From a virus (taxonomy: Duplodnaviria > Heunggongvirae > Uroviricota > Caudoviricetes), in IMG/VR virus record IMGVR_UViG_2609459795_000007, positions 1 through 25,775 of that record: a stretch of 25,775 nt of DNA; one strand, written 5' to 3'. Below, piece after piece: positions 17,968-25,775 of this stretch; the stretch's first letter is position 1, and each line of letters starts with the position of its first letter. A model generated the notes under the pieces. The model ran no database searches, was not told the origin of the DNA, and was given only the letters and a program-made list of their open reading frames with translations. The position numbers and the translations under genes were made by a program.

Positions 17968-18432
17968 ATGAAGTTTGTTGCGCCAGAACAGGCACCGGAA
18001 CAGGCAGAAATCATCAGAAATACGCCTTTCTGGCCTGATGTGGACCTGTCGGAGTTTCGCAGTGTCATGCGCACTGACGGCACGGTGACGCAGCCGCGTT
18101 TAAAGCAGGTTGCGCTGTCGGCAATTTCGGAGGTCAACGCAGAGCTGTATGAGTTTCGCAGACGCCAGCAGATGCTGGGATATGCGTCGCTGGCAGAGGT
18201 TCCGGCGGAACAGCTGGACGGGAAAAGTGAGCGCATTCAGCACTATTTCAACGCGGTTTACTGCTGGGCACGCGCCATGCTCAACGAACGATACCAGGAC
18301 TATGACGCCACGGCATCCGGTGTGAAGCGAGGCGAGGAACTGGCAGAAGCCAGCGGTGATTTGTGGCGTGACGCCCGCTGGGCCATCAGCCGGGTACAGG
18401 ATGCGCCGCACTGCACAGTGGAGCTTATCTGA
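17968..18432 (+). CDS. L: Head completion/stabilisation protein (P2 gpL family)
   Basis: ATG 17968 with AGGAG RBS (the ORF-track start at 17905 is an upstream alternative codon); stop overlaps X start. Confidence 0.8.
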   Translation: MKFVAPEQAPEQAEIIRNTPFWPDVDLSEFRSVMRTDGTVTQPRLKQVALSAISEVNAELYEFRRRQQMLGYASLAEVPAEQLDGKSERIQHYFNAVYCWARAMLNERYQDYDATASGVKRGEELAEASGDLWRDARWAISRVQDAPHCTVELI

Positions 18433-18635
18433 TGAAAGTGCGTGCGCATCAGTATGACACGGTGGACGCGCTTTGCTGGCGTCATTACGGGCGCACGCAG
18501 GGTGTCACGGAGCAGGTACTGAAGGCAAATCCGGGGCTTGCCGAATACGGCCCCTTTTTACCTCACGGGCTGCAGGTGGAGCTGCCGGACATTCCGACTA
18601 CCACCACCGTGCAGACCGTCCAGCTATGGGACTGA
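18432..18635 (+). CDS. X: Tail protein X (P2 gpX family)
   Basis: 67-aa ORF MKVRAHQYDTVDALCWRHYGRTQGV...ANPGLAEYGPFLPHG..., same length and pattern as P2 X. Confidence 0.85.
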   Translation: MKVRAHQYDTVDALCWRHYGRTQGVTEQVLKANPGLAEYGPFLPHGLQVELPDIPTTTTVQTVQLWD

Positions 18636-18638
18636 ATT

Positions 18639-18854
18639 ATGACGCTTGAGCGAATCAGCGCCTTTATCACGTATTGCATCGCCGTCGTGCTGGCCTGGCT
18701 GGGCGATTTGTCCATCAAGGATGCCTCAACGCTGGGCGGCCTGATGATCGGTGTGCTGATGCTGGCTATCAACTGGTACTACAAACACAAAGCCTACCAG
18801 CTTCTGCGCGACGGGCAGATCTCGCGGGAGGACTATGAATCCATCAATCGTTAA
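18639..18854 (+). CDS. Holin (two predicted transmembrane helices)
   Basis: 71-aa ORF with two hydrophobic segments and charged C-terminus, directly upstream of endolysin. Confidence 0.7.
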   Translation: MTLERISAFITYCIAVVLAWLGDLSIKDASTLGGLMIGVLMLAINWYYKHKAYQLLRDGQISREDYESINR

Positions 18855-19347
18855 ACGCTGCCTTATCGGGGCCGTGCTGGCTGTTGCTGCCACGCTGCCG
18901 GGTTTTCAGCAGCTTCACACCTCCGTGGAGGGGGTGAAACTGATTGCCGATTACGAAGGCTGTCGTCTGCAGCCGTATCAGTGCAGCGCGGGTGTCTGGA
19001 CCGACGGCATTGGTAATACATCAGGTGTCATTCCAGGAAAAAACATTACGGAACGACAGGCAGCGGAAGGGCTGATCTCCAACGTGCTACGTGTGGAGCG
19101 GGCGCTGGAAAGGTGTGTGAAGCAACAGCCGCCGCAAAAGGTGTATGACTCGGTGGTGTCGTTTGCCTTCAACGTGGGAACGGGCAATGCCTGCAGTTCC
19201 ACGCTGGTGAAATTGCTCAACCAGCGGCGCTGGGCGGATGCGTGCCGACAGTTGCCGCGCTGGGTGTATGTAAAAGGTGTGTTTAATCAGGGGCTGGATA
19301 ACCGCCGTGCGCGGGAGATGGCCTGGTGTTTACAGGGAGCAAACTGA
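18835..19347 (+). CDS. Endolysin, lysozyme-like, with N-terminal signal-anchor-release (SAR)-type hydrophobic segment
   Basis: 170-aa ORF; N-terminal hydrophobic LIGAVLAVAATL; lysozyme-family conserved region ...YEGCRLQPYQCSAGVWTDGIGNT... Confidence 0.8.
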   Translation: MNPSIVKRCLIGAVLAVAATLPGFQQLHTSVEGVKLIADYEGCRLQPYQCSAGVWTDGIGNTSGVIPGKNITERQAAEGLISNVLRVERALERCVKQQPPQKVYDSVVSFAFNVGTGNACSSTLVKLLNQRRWADACRQLPRWVYVKGVFNQGLDNRRAREMAWCLQGAN

Positions 19348-19348
19348 A

Positions 19349-19726
19349 ATGAAAAAGAAATTAATCAGCGGACTGTTTCTGATGTTATGGATGGCGCTGT
19401 TAATCGCAGCAATGGTGTATCCGCAGGGGATTTTTCCGGTACTGGCAGCGTCCGGCGTTTGGGTAGCCTGTTTGCTGACATGGGCGGTAATTCCGGTAGC
19501 ACTGGCTGCGTTAATTAAGAATGGCCCGCTCTGGCAGGAGTTAAGGGCATCTTTGCTGAAGACAATTACCCGAAAAGAAAACGTATTTATCAGTTGGGTG
19601 ATGCGATTGCTGATTGTCGTAAGTCTCGCCTGGACGGGGTGGGCTATTACCCTGGTCTTTTATCTGCTGACCGTTATTGCCTTCTGGATCACCCGTAATC
19701 AGATGGCGCAACAGGTAGCAGCATGA
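19349..19726 (+). CDS. lysA: LysA-like integral membrane protein (lysis accessory)
   Basis: 125-aa ORF from ATG 19349 with multiple hydrophobic helices; position after endolysin as P2 lysA. Confidence 0.6.
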   Translation: MKKKLISGLFLMLWMALLIAAMVYPQGIFPVLAASGVWVACLLTWAVIPVALAALIKNGPLWQELRASLLKTITRKENVFISWVMRLLIVVSLAWTGWAITLVFYLLTVIAFWITRNQMAQQVAA

Positions 19727-20151
19727 ACCGGTTGCTGCTGGTTGTGCTGGCGTTATTACTGGCGGCGCTGGGCTGGCAGACGTGGCGGCTGGCTGATGCC
19801 AGCCAGACCATTAGCACGCAGGCAGACGAGCTGCAGAGCAAAAGTCAGGCACTGGCAAAGAGCAACAGCCAGCTTATTAGCCTGTCCATTCTGACTGAAA
19901 CCAATAACCGGGAGCAGGCGCGGCTCTATGCCGAAGCAGAACAGACCAGCGCGCTGCTGAGACAACGACAACACCGGATCGAGAAACTGAAACGTGAGAA
20001 CGAGGATTTACGCCGCTGGGCTGATACTCCTTTGCCTGCTGACATTATCCGGCTGCGGGAACGTCCGGCACTCACCGGAGGTGCAGCTTACCGTCAGTGG
20101 TTGTCCGCGAGTGACGCCGTGTCGGCTGGATCAGGCAGCGCCGCGCACTAA
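19723..20151 (+). CDS. lysB: LysB, Rz-like inner-membrane spanin
   Basis: 142-aa ORF with N-terminal TM helix then coiled-coil; start overlaps lysA stop (ATGA). Confidence 0.7.
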   Translation: MNRLLLVVLALLLAALGWQTWRLADASQTISTQADELQSKSQALAKSNSQLISLSILTETNNREQARLYAEAEQTSALLRQRQHRIEKLKRENEDLRRWADTPLPADIIRLRERPALTGGAAYRQWLSASDAVSAGSGSAAH

Positions 20152-20281
20152 CGGTGATCTGAACGCGTTGCTGGATGAAACGGAGGCCGCCTGGGCGGTC
20201 TGTGCAGACAAAGTGGACATGATTATTGCGTGTCAGGAGCGAAACAGTGAACAAACCACAATCCCTGCGCCACGCCCTTAA
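19994..20281 (+). CDS. lysC: LysC, Rz1-like outer-membrane lipoprotein spanin (embedded/overlapping)
   Basis: Alternative-frame ORF starting within lysB; lipobox LTLSGC; Pro-rich C-terminus; start codon uncertain (GTG 19994). Confidence 0.5.
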   Translation: MRTRIYAAGLILLCLLTLSGCGNVRHSPEVQLTVSGCPRVTPCRLDQAAPRTNGDLNALLDETEAAWAVCADKVDMIIACQERNSEQTTIPAPRP

Positions 20282-20678
20282 TAAAGCAGTGCCTTATGTC
20301 CGTAATAACCCGGACAAACTGCATCTGTTTGTGGATAACGGTTCGCTGGTTGCCACGGGGGCCAGCTCCATGTCATGGGAGTACCGCTACACCCTGAACG
20401 TGGTGATTGAGGATTTCAGCGGCGACCAGAATTTGCTGATGGCCCCGGTTTTGCTGTGGCTGCGGGATAACCAGCCCGATGCCATGAATAACCCGGCGTT
20501 ACGGGAAAAGCTATTCACCTTTGAGGTGGATATTCTGCGCAACGATGTCTGTGATATCAGCCTCAACCTGCAACTGACGGAGCGTGTGCTGGTCAGCACT
20601 GACGGCAGTGTGTCGAGTGTTGAAGCGGTAGCGGAACCCGATGAACCTGAAGAAATGTGGACGGTGAAACGTGGCTGA
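20247..20678 (+). CDS. R: Tail completion protein R (P2 gpR family)
   Basis: GTG 20247 with AGGAG RBS 7 nt upstream; KPQSLRHALNKAV...LHLFVDNGSL... resembles P2 R. Confidence 0.75.
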   Translation: MNKPQSLRHALNKAVPYVRNNPDKLHLFVDNGSLVATGASSMSWEYRYTLNVVIEDFSGDQNLLMAPVLLWLRDNQPDAMNNPALREKLFTFEVDILRNDVCDISLNLQLTERVLVSTDGSVSSVEAVAEPDEPEEMWTVKRG

Positions 20679-21117
20679 ACTGCAGAAGGTGGACGACTGG
20701 CTGAGTGCCTTGCTGGCGAATCTTGAACCAGCCGCAAGAAGCCACATGATGCGCCAGCTGGCGCAGGAGCTGCGCCGGACACAGCAGCAGAATATCAGGA
20801 TGCAACGCAACCCTGACGGCAGCAGTTATGAACCGCGACGGGTAACAGCACGCAGTAAAAAGGGGCGCATCAAACGTCAGATGTTTGCAAAGCTGCGCAC
20901 CACAAAATACCTGAAAACTGCCGCCAGCGCCGACTCTGCCAGCGTGCAGTTTGAAGGCAAGGTACAGCGCATTGCCCGTGTTCATCACTACGGCTTACGT
21001 GATCGCGTCAGCCGCAAAGGACCGGAGGTCCGTTACGCAGAGCGTCGCCTTCTGGGTGTAAATGATGATGTTGAGGCAATGACCCGCGACATGATTCTGC
21101 AATGGCTGGCGGGGTGA
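20671..21117 (+). CDS. S: Tail completion protein S (P2 gpS family)
   Basis: 148-aa ORF overlapping R stop; start codon (GTG 20671) uncertain. Confidence 0.7.
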   Translation: MAELQKVDDWLSALLANLEPAARSHMMRQLAQELRRTQQQNIRMQRNPDGSSYEPRRVTARSKKGRIKRQMFAKLRTTKYLKTAASADSASVQFEGKVQRIARVHHYGLRDRVSRKGPEVRYAERRLLGVNDDVEAMTRDMILQWLAG

Positions 21118-21121
21118 TTTT

Positions 21122-21139
21122 TGTATCAGCACTGATACA
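21122..21139. promoter_or_regulatory. Late-promoter activator site TGT-N12-ACA upstream of V (extended perfect palindrome)
   Basis: ttgtatcagcactgatacaa: TGT-atcagcactgat-ACA inside a 9-bp-arm inverted repeat; between S stop and V start. Confidence 0.4.
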
Positions 21140-21185
21140 AGTTGCAGCACTGCCGCCTTTCTTCCCCTGATGGCAACCTTTCCCT

Positions 21186-21764
21186 ATGAACGCACAATTA
21201 ACCGAAATCATGCGCCTTATCACCAACCTGATCCGCACTGGGGTAGTCACCGAAGTGGACAGGACAAACTGGCTTTGCCGGGTGAAAACGGGCGACCTTG
21301 AAACTAACTGGATTAACTGGCTGACGCTGCGCGCGGGTAATGCCCGCACATGGTGGAAACCATCAGAAGGTGAGCAGGTGGTGCTGCTGAGTCTGGGCGG
21401 CAATCTGGAGACTGCCTTTGCGCTGCCCGCTGTCTATTCGAATCAGTTCGCACCACCGTCGACGTCGGCGGACGCCTGCGTGACAGAACATCCTGACGGT
21501 GGCTGGTTTGAATACGAACCCGCCACCGGGCGCTGGTATGTCAGGGGCATCAAATCAATGGTCATTGAGGCCGCTGATAACATCACCATGAAAACCAGTG
21601 AGTTTGTACTGGAGGCTGACCGCACGCGCATTAACAGCGAAGTGGTGATCAATGGTGGCGTTACCCAGGGCGGCGGAGCGATGAGTTCTAACGGGATCGT
21701 GGTTGATGCGCATCAGCATACTGGCGTCCTGAAAGGCGGCGATACAACCGGAGGCCCGGTATGA
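21186..21764 (+). CDS. V: Baseplate spike/assembly protein V (P2 gpV family)
   Basis: 192-aa ORF; N-terminus MNAQLTEIMRLITNLIRTG... parallels P2 V. Confidence 0.85.
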   Translation: MNAQLTEIMRLITNLIRTGVVTEVDRTNWLCRVKTGDLETNWINWLTLRAGNARTWWKPSEGEQVVLLSLGGNLETAFALPAVYSNQFAPPSTSADACVTEHPDGGWFEYEPATGRWYVRGIKSMVIEAADNITMKTSEFVLEADRTRINSEVVINGGVTQGGGAMSSNGIVVDAHQHTGVLKGGDTTGGPV

Positions 21765-22120
21765 CGCTTTATAGCGGGATGAACAATACCAGCGGCAAAG
21801 TCATTACTGATATTGACCATCTGCGCCAGTCGGTGCGGGACATTCTGCTGACGCCGCAGGGTAGCCGCATTGCTCGCCGTGAATATGGTTCCCTGCTGTC
21901 GGCACTGATAGACCAGCCACAAAATCCGGCGTTACGCCTGCAGGTCATGTCGGCAGTGTATGTGGCGCTGAGTCGCTGGGAGCCACGGCTGACGCTGGAT
22001 TCCATCACCATTAACAGCAATTTTGACGGTTCAATGGTGGTGGGACTGACCGGGCGGCGTAATAACGGTGTGCCTGTTTCCCTTTCCGTATCAACAGGAG
22101 CAGAGAATGGCAGTGATTGA
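21761..22120 (+). CDS. W: Baseplate protein W (GPW/gp25 family)
   Basis: 119-aa ORF with GGAG RBS; overlaps V stop and J start. Confidence 0.85.
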   Translation: MTLYSGMNNTSGKVITDIDHLRQSVRDILLTPQGSRIARREYGSLLSALIDQPQNPALRLQVMSAVYVALSRWEPRLTLDSITINSNFDGSMVVGLTGRRNNGVPVSLSVSTGAENGSD

Positions 22121-23015
22121 CCTTTCGCAGTTGCCTGCGCCGCAGATTGTCGATGTGCCGGACTTTGAGACGTTGCTTGCCGAACGCAAGGCCGAATTTG
22201 TTGCGCTTCATCCGAAAGATGAGCAGGAAGCCGTGATCCGCACGCTGGAACTGGAATCTGAACCCGTCACCAAATTGCTGCAGGAGAACGCTTACCGTGA
22301 GTTGCTTCTGCGCCAGCGCATTAACGAAGCCGCGCAGGCGGTGATGGTGGCTTACGCGATGGGCGGCGATCTTGACCAGCTCGCTGCCAACTACAACGTG
22401 AAACGCCTGACGGTGACGCCTGCTGATAATGACGCTGTGCCGCCCGTTGCGGCTGTGATGGAAAGCGATGAAGCGTTACGCCTGCGTGTGCCTGCAGCCT
22501 TTGAAGGGCTTTCAGTTGCGGGGCCAACTGCAGCCTATGAATTTCATGCCCGAAGCGCCGACGGTCGGGTGGCGGATGCCAGTGCAACCAGTCCGGCACC
22601 TGCAGAGGTGGTACTGACTGTCCTTAGCCGTGAAGGCGACGGAACAGCAGAAAAAGACCTGCTGGATGTGGTGGAAAAAGCCCTGAACAGTGAGAACGTC
22701 CGCCCGGTGGCTGACCGTTTGACGGTTCGCAGCGCAGAAATCATCCCGTATCGCGTGGAAGCCACCATTTTTCTCTATCCGGGACCGGAAGCAGAGCCGG
22801 TAATGGCAGCGGCAAAAGCCAGCCTGCAGAAGTACATCGCCAGTCAGACGCGTCTTGGTCGGGATATTCGCCGTAGCGCCATCTTTGCCGCCTTGCATGT
22901 TGAGGGTGTGCAGCGTGTGGAGCTGGCTTCTCCTCTGGCGGATGTGGTCCTGAACAAAACACAGGCGGCATCATGTACGCAGTGGAGCGTAACCAACGGA
23001 GGAACGGATGAATAG
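22107..23015 (+). CDS. J: Baseplate protein J (P2 gpJ family)
   Basis: 302-aa ORF from ATG 22107 (AGGAGCAGAGA-ATG), same length as P2 J. Confidence 0.85.
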   Translation: MAVIDLSQLPAPQIVDVPDFETLLAERKAEFVALHPKDEQEAVIRTLELESEPVTKLLQENAYRELLLRQRINEAAQAVMVAYAMGGDLDQLAANYNVKRLTVTPADNDAVPPVAAVMESDEALRLRVPAAFEGLSVAGPTAAYEFHARSADGRVADASATSPAPAEVVLTVLSREGDGTAEKDLLDVVEKALNSENVRPVADRLTVRSAEIIPYRVEATIFLYPGPEAEPVMAAAKASLQKYIASQTRLGRDIRRSAIFAALHVEGVQRVELASPLADVVLNKTQAASCTQWSVTNGGTDE

Positions 23016-23613
23016 TCTGCTGCCACCGGGTTCAACACCACTGGAGCGCCGACTGGCGCAAACCTGCAGCGGGATTTCTGATCTGCAGGTGCCGCTTCGT
23101 GACTTGTGGAATCCGGCAACCTGTCCGGTCAGTTTCCTGCCTTATCTCGCCTGGGCGTTCTCTGTGGATCGCTGGGACGAGGACTGGACAGAAAGTGTCA
23201 AGCGCCAGGTGGTGAAGGATGCTTTTTATATTCATCAGCATAAAGGGACCACCAGTGCCGTGCGGCGGGTGGTGGAGCCGTTCGGCTTTCTGATCCGCAT
23301 TATTGAGTGGTGGCAGACCGGAGAGACACCGGGCACGTTTCGTCTGGATATCGGCGTGCAGGACCAGGGCATCACTGAAGATACCTATCTGGAACTTGAG
23401 CGACTGATAAGCGATGCCAAACCATGCAGCCGTCACATGATCGGCATGTCCATCAACCTGCAGACCAGCGGCCCGCATTGGGTGGGAGCCGCCAGCTATC
23501 TTGGCGAAGAAATCACGATCTATCCGTATATCAACGAAACAATTATTTCCGGTGGCACCGCGCATGAAGGCGGGGCGGTCCATGTTATTGACACAATGAG
23601 AGTGAATCCATGA
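23008..23613 (+). CDS. I: Baseplate/tail protein I (P2 gpI family)
   Basis: 201-aa ORF with GGAGGAACGG-ATG; order J-I-H. Confidence 0.8.
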   Translation: MNSLLPPGSTPLERRLAQTCSGISDLQVPLRDLWNPATCPVSFLPYLAWAFSVDRWDEDWTESVKRQVVKDAFYIHQHKGTTSAVRRVVEPFGFLIRIIEWWQTGETPGTFRLDIGVQDQGITEDTYLELERLISDAKPCSRHMIGMSINLQTSGPHWVGAASYLGEEITIYPYINETIISGGTAHEGGAVHVIDTMRVNP

Positions 23614-25112
23614 GCACAAAATTTTATACCCTGCTGACGGATATTGGCGCGGCGAAACTTGCCAGCGCCGCCGCGCTCGGTGTGCCTTTAAAAATTACCC
23701 ATATGGCGGTCGGCGATGGCGGCGGAGTATTGCCAACGCCGGATGCAAAGCAGACTGCACTGGTGAATGAGAAACGCCGGGCTGCGCTGAATATGCTCTA
23801 TATCGACCCGCAGAACAGTAGCCAGATTATTGCTGAACAGGTAATCCCTGAAAATGAGGGCGGTTGGTGGATACGTGAAGTGGGCCTGTTTGATGAGTCC
23901 GGGGCATTGATTGCCGTGGGAAACTGCCCGGAAAGCTATAAGCCGCAACTGGCTGAAGGCAGTGGGCGTACCCAGACCGTGCGCATGGTGCTGATTACCA
24001 GCAGCACGGACAATATCACCCTGAAAATCGACCCTGCCGTCGTGCTGGCAACCCGCAAGTATGTGGATGACAAGGTACTGGAGCTGAAGGTGTTCGTGGA
24101 TGATAAGATGGCAAAACATCTTGCCGCACCGGACCCGCATTCACAGTATGCACCCAAAGAAAGCCCGACATTGACCGGAACACCCAAAGCGCCAACGCCA
24201 GCGGAGGGGAATAACACCACGCAGATTGCGACCACCGCGTTTGTTCAGGCGGCACTGATGGCCCTTATTAATGGTGCGCCAGCCACACTGGATACGCTGA
24301 AAGAAATTGCCGCTGCCATTAATAATGACCCGAAATTCAGTACCACCATTAACAATGCGCTGGCACTGAAAGCGCCGCTGTTAAGTCCGGCATTCACCGG
24401 AACGCCAACAGCCCCCACTGCCGCACAGTCGGTTAACAATACACAGATTGCCACCACGGCTTTTGTGAAATCGGCAATTGCGGCAATGGTGGGGTCTGCA
24501 CCTGCTGCACTGGATACACTGAACGAACTGGCTGCGGCGCTGGGGAATGACCCGAACTTTGCCACGACAATGCTTAATGCGCTGGCAGGTAAACAACCGT
24601 TGGACAATACGCTGACTAATTTGAGTGGAAAGGATGTAGCTGGTCTTCTCGCATACCTTGGTTTGGGAGAAGCGGCAAAACGGAATGTGGGCAACGGGGA
24701 AAACCAAATCCCTGATATGTCTTTCTGGACGGTTACTGGTGGCAATGGAAATTTTGTGATTCGTCAACCTGACGGGCTAATCATTCAGATGGTTACTGTA
24801 AGTATAAGCGGTCCAGTGGCGATGAATGGAATGACTGATAATGCTTATGCCATTACAGGTTCTAATAAGTCTTATATTGCCACAGCCACATTGCCCTTTG
24901 TATTTCCTAATAAGGTGCTGGGCGTTATCCCTCTGGTATCAACAACAGCTTATGGTGGTGTATCCAGTAATATTACAGGTTCATACGCGACGGCGGTTTG
25001 TTCTTTTGCCGCTGTCAGGGGGAATAATACGATTGTGTTCAAAGTCGACAAACCACTGAATGCAGCCTTTCCTTCAGATACCAGCGTCTCAGCGTTAATC
25101 ATTGGACGGTAA
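23610..25112 (+). CDS. H: Tail fibre protein H, with conserved N-terminal part and AT-richer C-terminal receptor-binding region
   Basis: 500-aa ORF; N-terminus MSTKFYTLLTDIGAAKLA... typical of P2-family H; internal fibre repeats; composition shifts after about 24650. Confidence 0.85.
   Translation: MSTKFYTLLTDIGAAKLASAAALGVPLKITHMAVGDGGGVLPTPDAKQTALVNEKRRAALNMLYIDPQNSSQIIAEQVIPENEGGWWIREVGLFDESGALIAVGNCPESYKPQLAEGSGRTQTVRMVLITSSTDNITLKIDPAVVLATRKYVDDKVLELKVFVDDKMAKHLAAPDPHSQYAPKESPTLTGTPKAPTPAEGNNTTQIATTAFVQAALMALINGAPATLDTLKEIAAAINNDPKFSTTINNALALKAPLLSPAFTGTPTAPTAAQSVNNTQIATTAFVKSAIAAMVGSAPAALDTLNELAAALGNDPNFATTMLNALAGKQPLDNTLTNLSGKDVAGLLAYLGLGEAAKRNVGNGENQIPDMSFWTVTGGNGNFVIRQPDGLIIQMVTVSISGPVAMNGMTDNAYAITGSNKSYIATATLPFVFPNKVLGVIPLVSTTAYGGVSSNITGSYATAVCSFAAVRGNNTIVFKVDKPLNAAFPSDTSVSALIIGR
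24162..24599 (+). repeat. Tandem duplication (two diverged units of about 72 codons) inside H
   Basis: Unit 1 ...SPTLTGTPKAPTPAEGNNTTQIATTAFVQAA...DTLKEIAAAINNDPKF... and unit 2 ...SPAFTGTPTAPTAAQSVNNTQIATTAFVKSA...DTLNELAAALGNDPNF... Confidence 0.6.
24646..24671. other. Candidate crossover site for a Gin/Cin/Pin/Hin-family serine DNA invertase
   Basis: TTCTCGCATACCTTGGTTTGGGAGAA: 26-bp imperfect palindrome with TTCTC...GAGAA ends and ACC..GGT core, resembling gix/cix/hix sites; lies at the constant/variable junction of H. Confidence 0.45.
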
Positions 25113-25114
25113 GA

Positions 25115-25558
25115 ATGAACTCAGTATTCTTTTCACCCGGAAGTAAAAGTTTTTATCTGCAAGAATTGTTTCCAGAATATGAGGATGCGGGAACGCTTCC
25201 AGATGATGTTATTGAAATTACCAGAGAAACATATGAGCAATTTCTTGGGCTGCATCCAGAAGGGAAAGAAATTGGCGCTGACAGTTCAGGACGGCCAATA
25301 TGGATTAATTCCCCGCCGCCTTCAAAAGAGGATGAGGTGCTGGCGGCTGAAATGAAAAAAATATCTTTGGTTTCAGAAGTCAATACCTACATCAATACCC
25401 ATCAGTGGCCTGGCAAAGCTGCTATTGGTCGTCTGAAAGGTGACGAGCTGGAACAATATAATTTATGGCTGGATTATCTGGACGCACTGGAACTGGTTGA
25501 TACCTCCAGTGCTCCAGATATTGAATGGCCTACGCCTCCGGTAGTTCAGGCCAGATGA
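25115..25558 (+). CDS. G: Tail fibre assembly protein (P2 gpG / Mu U family)
   Basis: 147-aa ORF directly after H; C-terminal conserved ...LWLDYLDALELVDTSSAPDIEWPTPP. Confidence 0.8.
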   Translation: MNSVFFSPGSKSFYLQELFPEYEDAGTLPDDVIEITRETYEQFLGLHPEGKEIGADSSGRPIWINSPPPSKEDEVLAAEMKKISLVSEVNTYINTHQWPGKAAIGRLKGDELEQYNLWLDYLDALELVDTSSAPDIEWPTPPVVQAR

Positions 25559-25775
25559 CATCCGGCGCGGTGCTGATATCTGTTGCAGTCACCGCGTCAA
25601 TGTAATCCAGCACAGCGTTAAGCCGGGTTGTTTCTGCCTGCGTCAGCTTCCGCCCGGCCTGCAATTTCAGCTGAATCAGACTAATGGAAGCCATAGCCGC
25701 ATCAATCAGTGACTGGCGCCGTACTTCTGCCGCGTCTACTGCGGCGTTATGCTGTGCCTCAGTGTCGGTCACCCA
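25530..25775 (-). CDS. Second tail fibre assembly protein in inverted orientation (3' part only; gene start lies beyond the window end)
   Basis: Minus-strand ORF ending ...AVLDYIDAVTATDISTAPDVIWPELPEA, paralogous to the G C-terminus; convergent with and overlapping G by 29 bp. Confidence 0.6.
   Translation of the reverse strand, partial: WVTDTEAQHNAAVDAAEVRRQSLIDAAMASISLIQLKLQAGRKLTQAETTRLNAVLDYIDAVTATDISTAPDVIWPELPEA

Noticed and set aside
20387-20988. Several minus-strand ORFs (99-131 aa) across R/S
   Set aside because: Overlap well-supported tail completion genes on the opposite strand; no independent signals.
22321-23619. Minus-strand ORFs of 74-195 aa across J and I
   Set aside because: Antisense to the baseplate genes; Pro/Arg-rich products.
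23688-24767. Minus-strand ORFs (79-166 aa) across H
   Set aside because: Antisense to the tail fibre gene; repeat-driven low-complexity translations.
1-25775. CRISPR arrays, tRNA/rRNA genes, IS elements/transposases
   Set aside because: I found no regularly spaced direct repeats, no transposase-like ORFs or terminal inverted repeats, and recognised no tRNA or rRNA sequence by eye; a tRNA cannot be fully excluded without a dedicated scan.

Overview
The window is almost entirely a P2/186-family temperate myovirus prophage, running from the integrase stop codon at base 1 to the tail-fibre genes at the right edge. The lysogeny/early region is 186-like: int, CI-type repressor, a strong rightward sigma70 promoter overlapping the repressor start, Apl/Cox, CII, small early ORFs, TraR-like zinc finger, Dam methylase, replication protein A, then a LexA-box-controlled Tum/DinI-like module. 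The structural region is P2-like: portal Q and terminase P leftward, then O-N-M-L-X, lysis cassette, R-S, V-W-J-I-H-G rightward. Three visibly AT-rich cargo insertions stand out against the GC-richer backbone. (1) A 662-aa OLD-family (ABC-ATPase + Toprim-like) gene sits between the repressor and int. (2) A divergent pair lies around a cos-like sequence between gene A and the portal: a strongly acidic 111-aa protein and a 519-aa orphan P-loop NTPase. (3) The tail-fibre C-terminus plus tail-fibre-assembly genes appear to lie in an invertible segment. The 519-aa NTPase, and possibly the acidic protein, is the best candidate for an undescribed defence or anti-defence function. All calls rest on reading the sequence and recalled family features; no database search was run.
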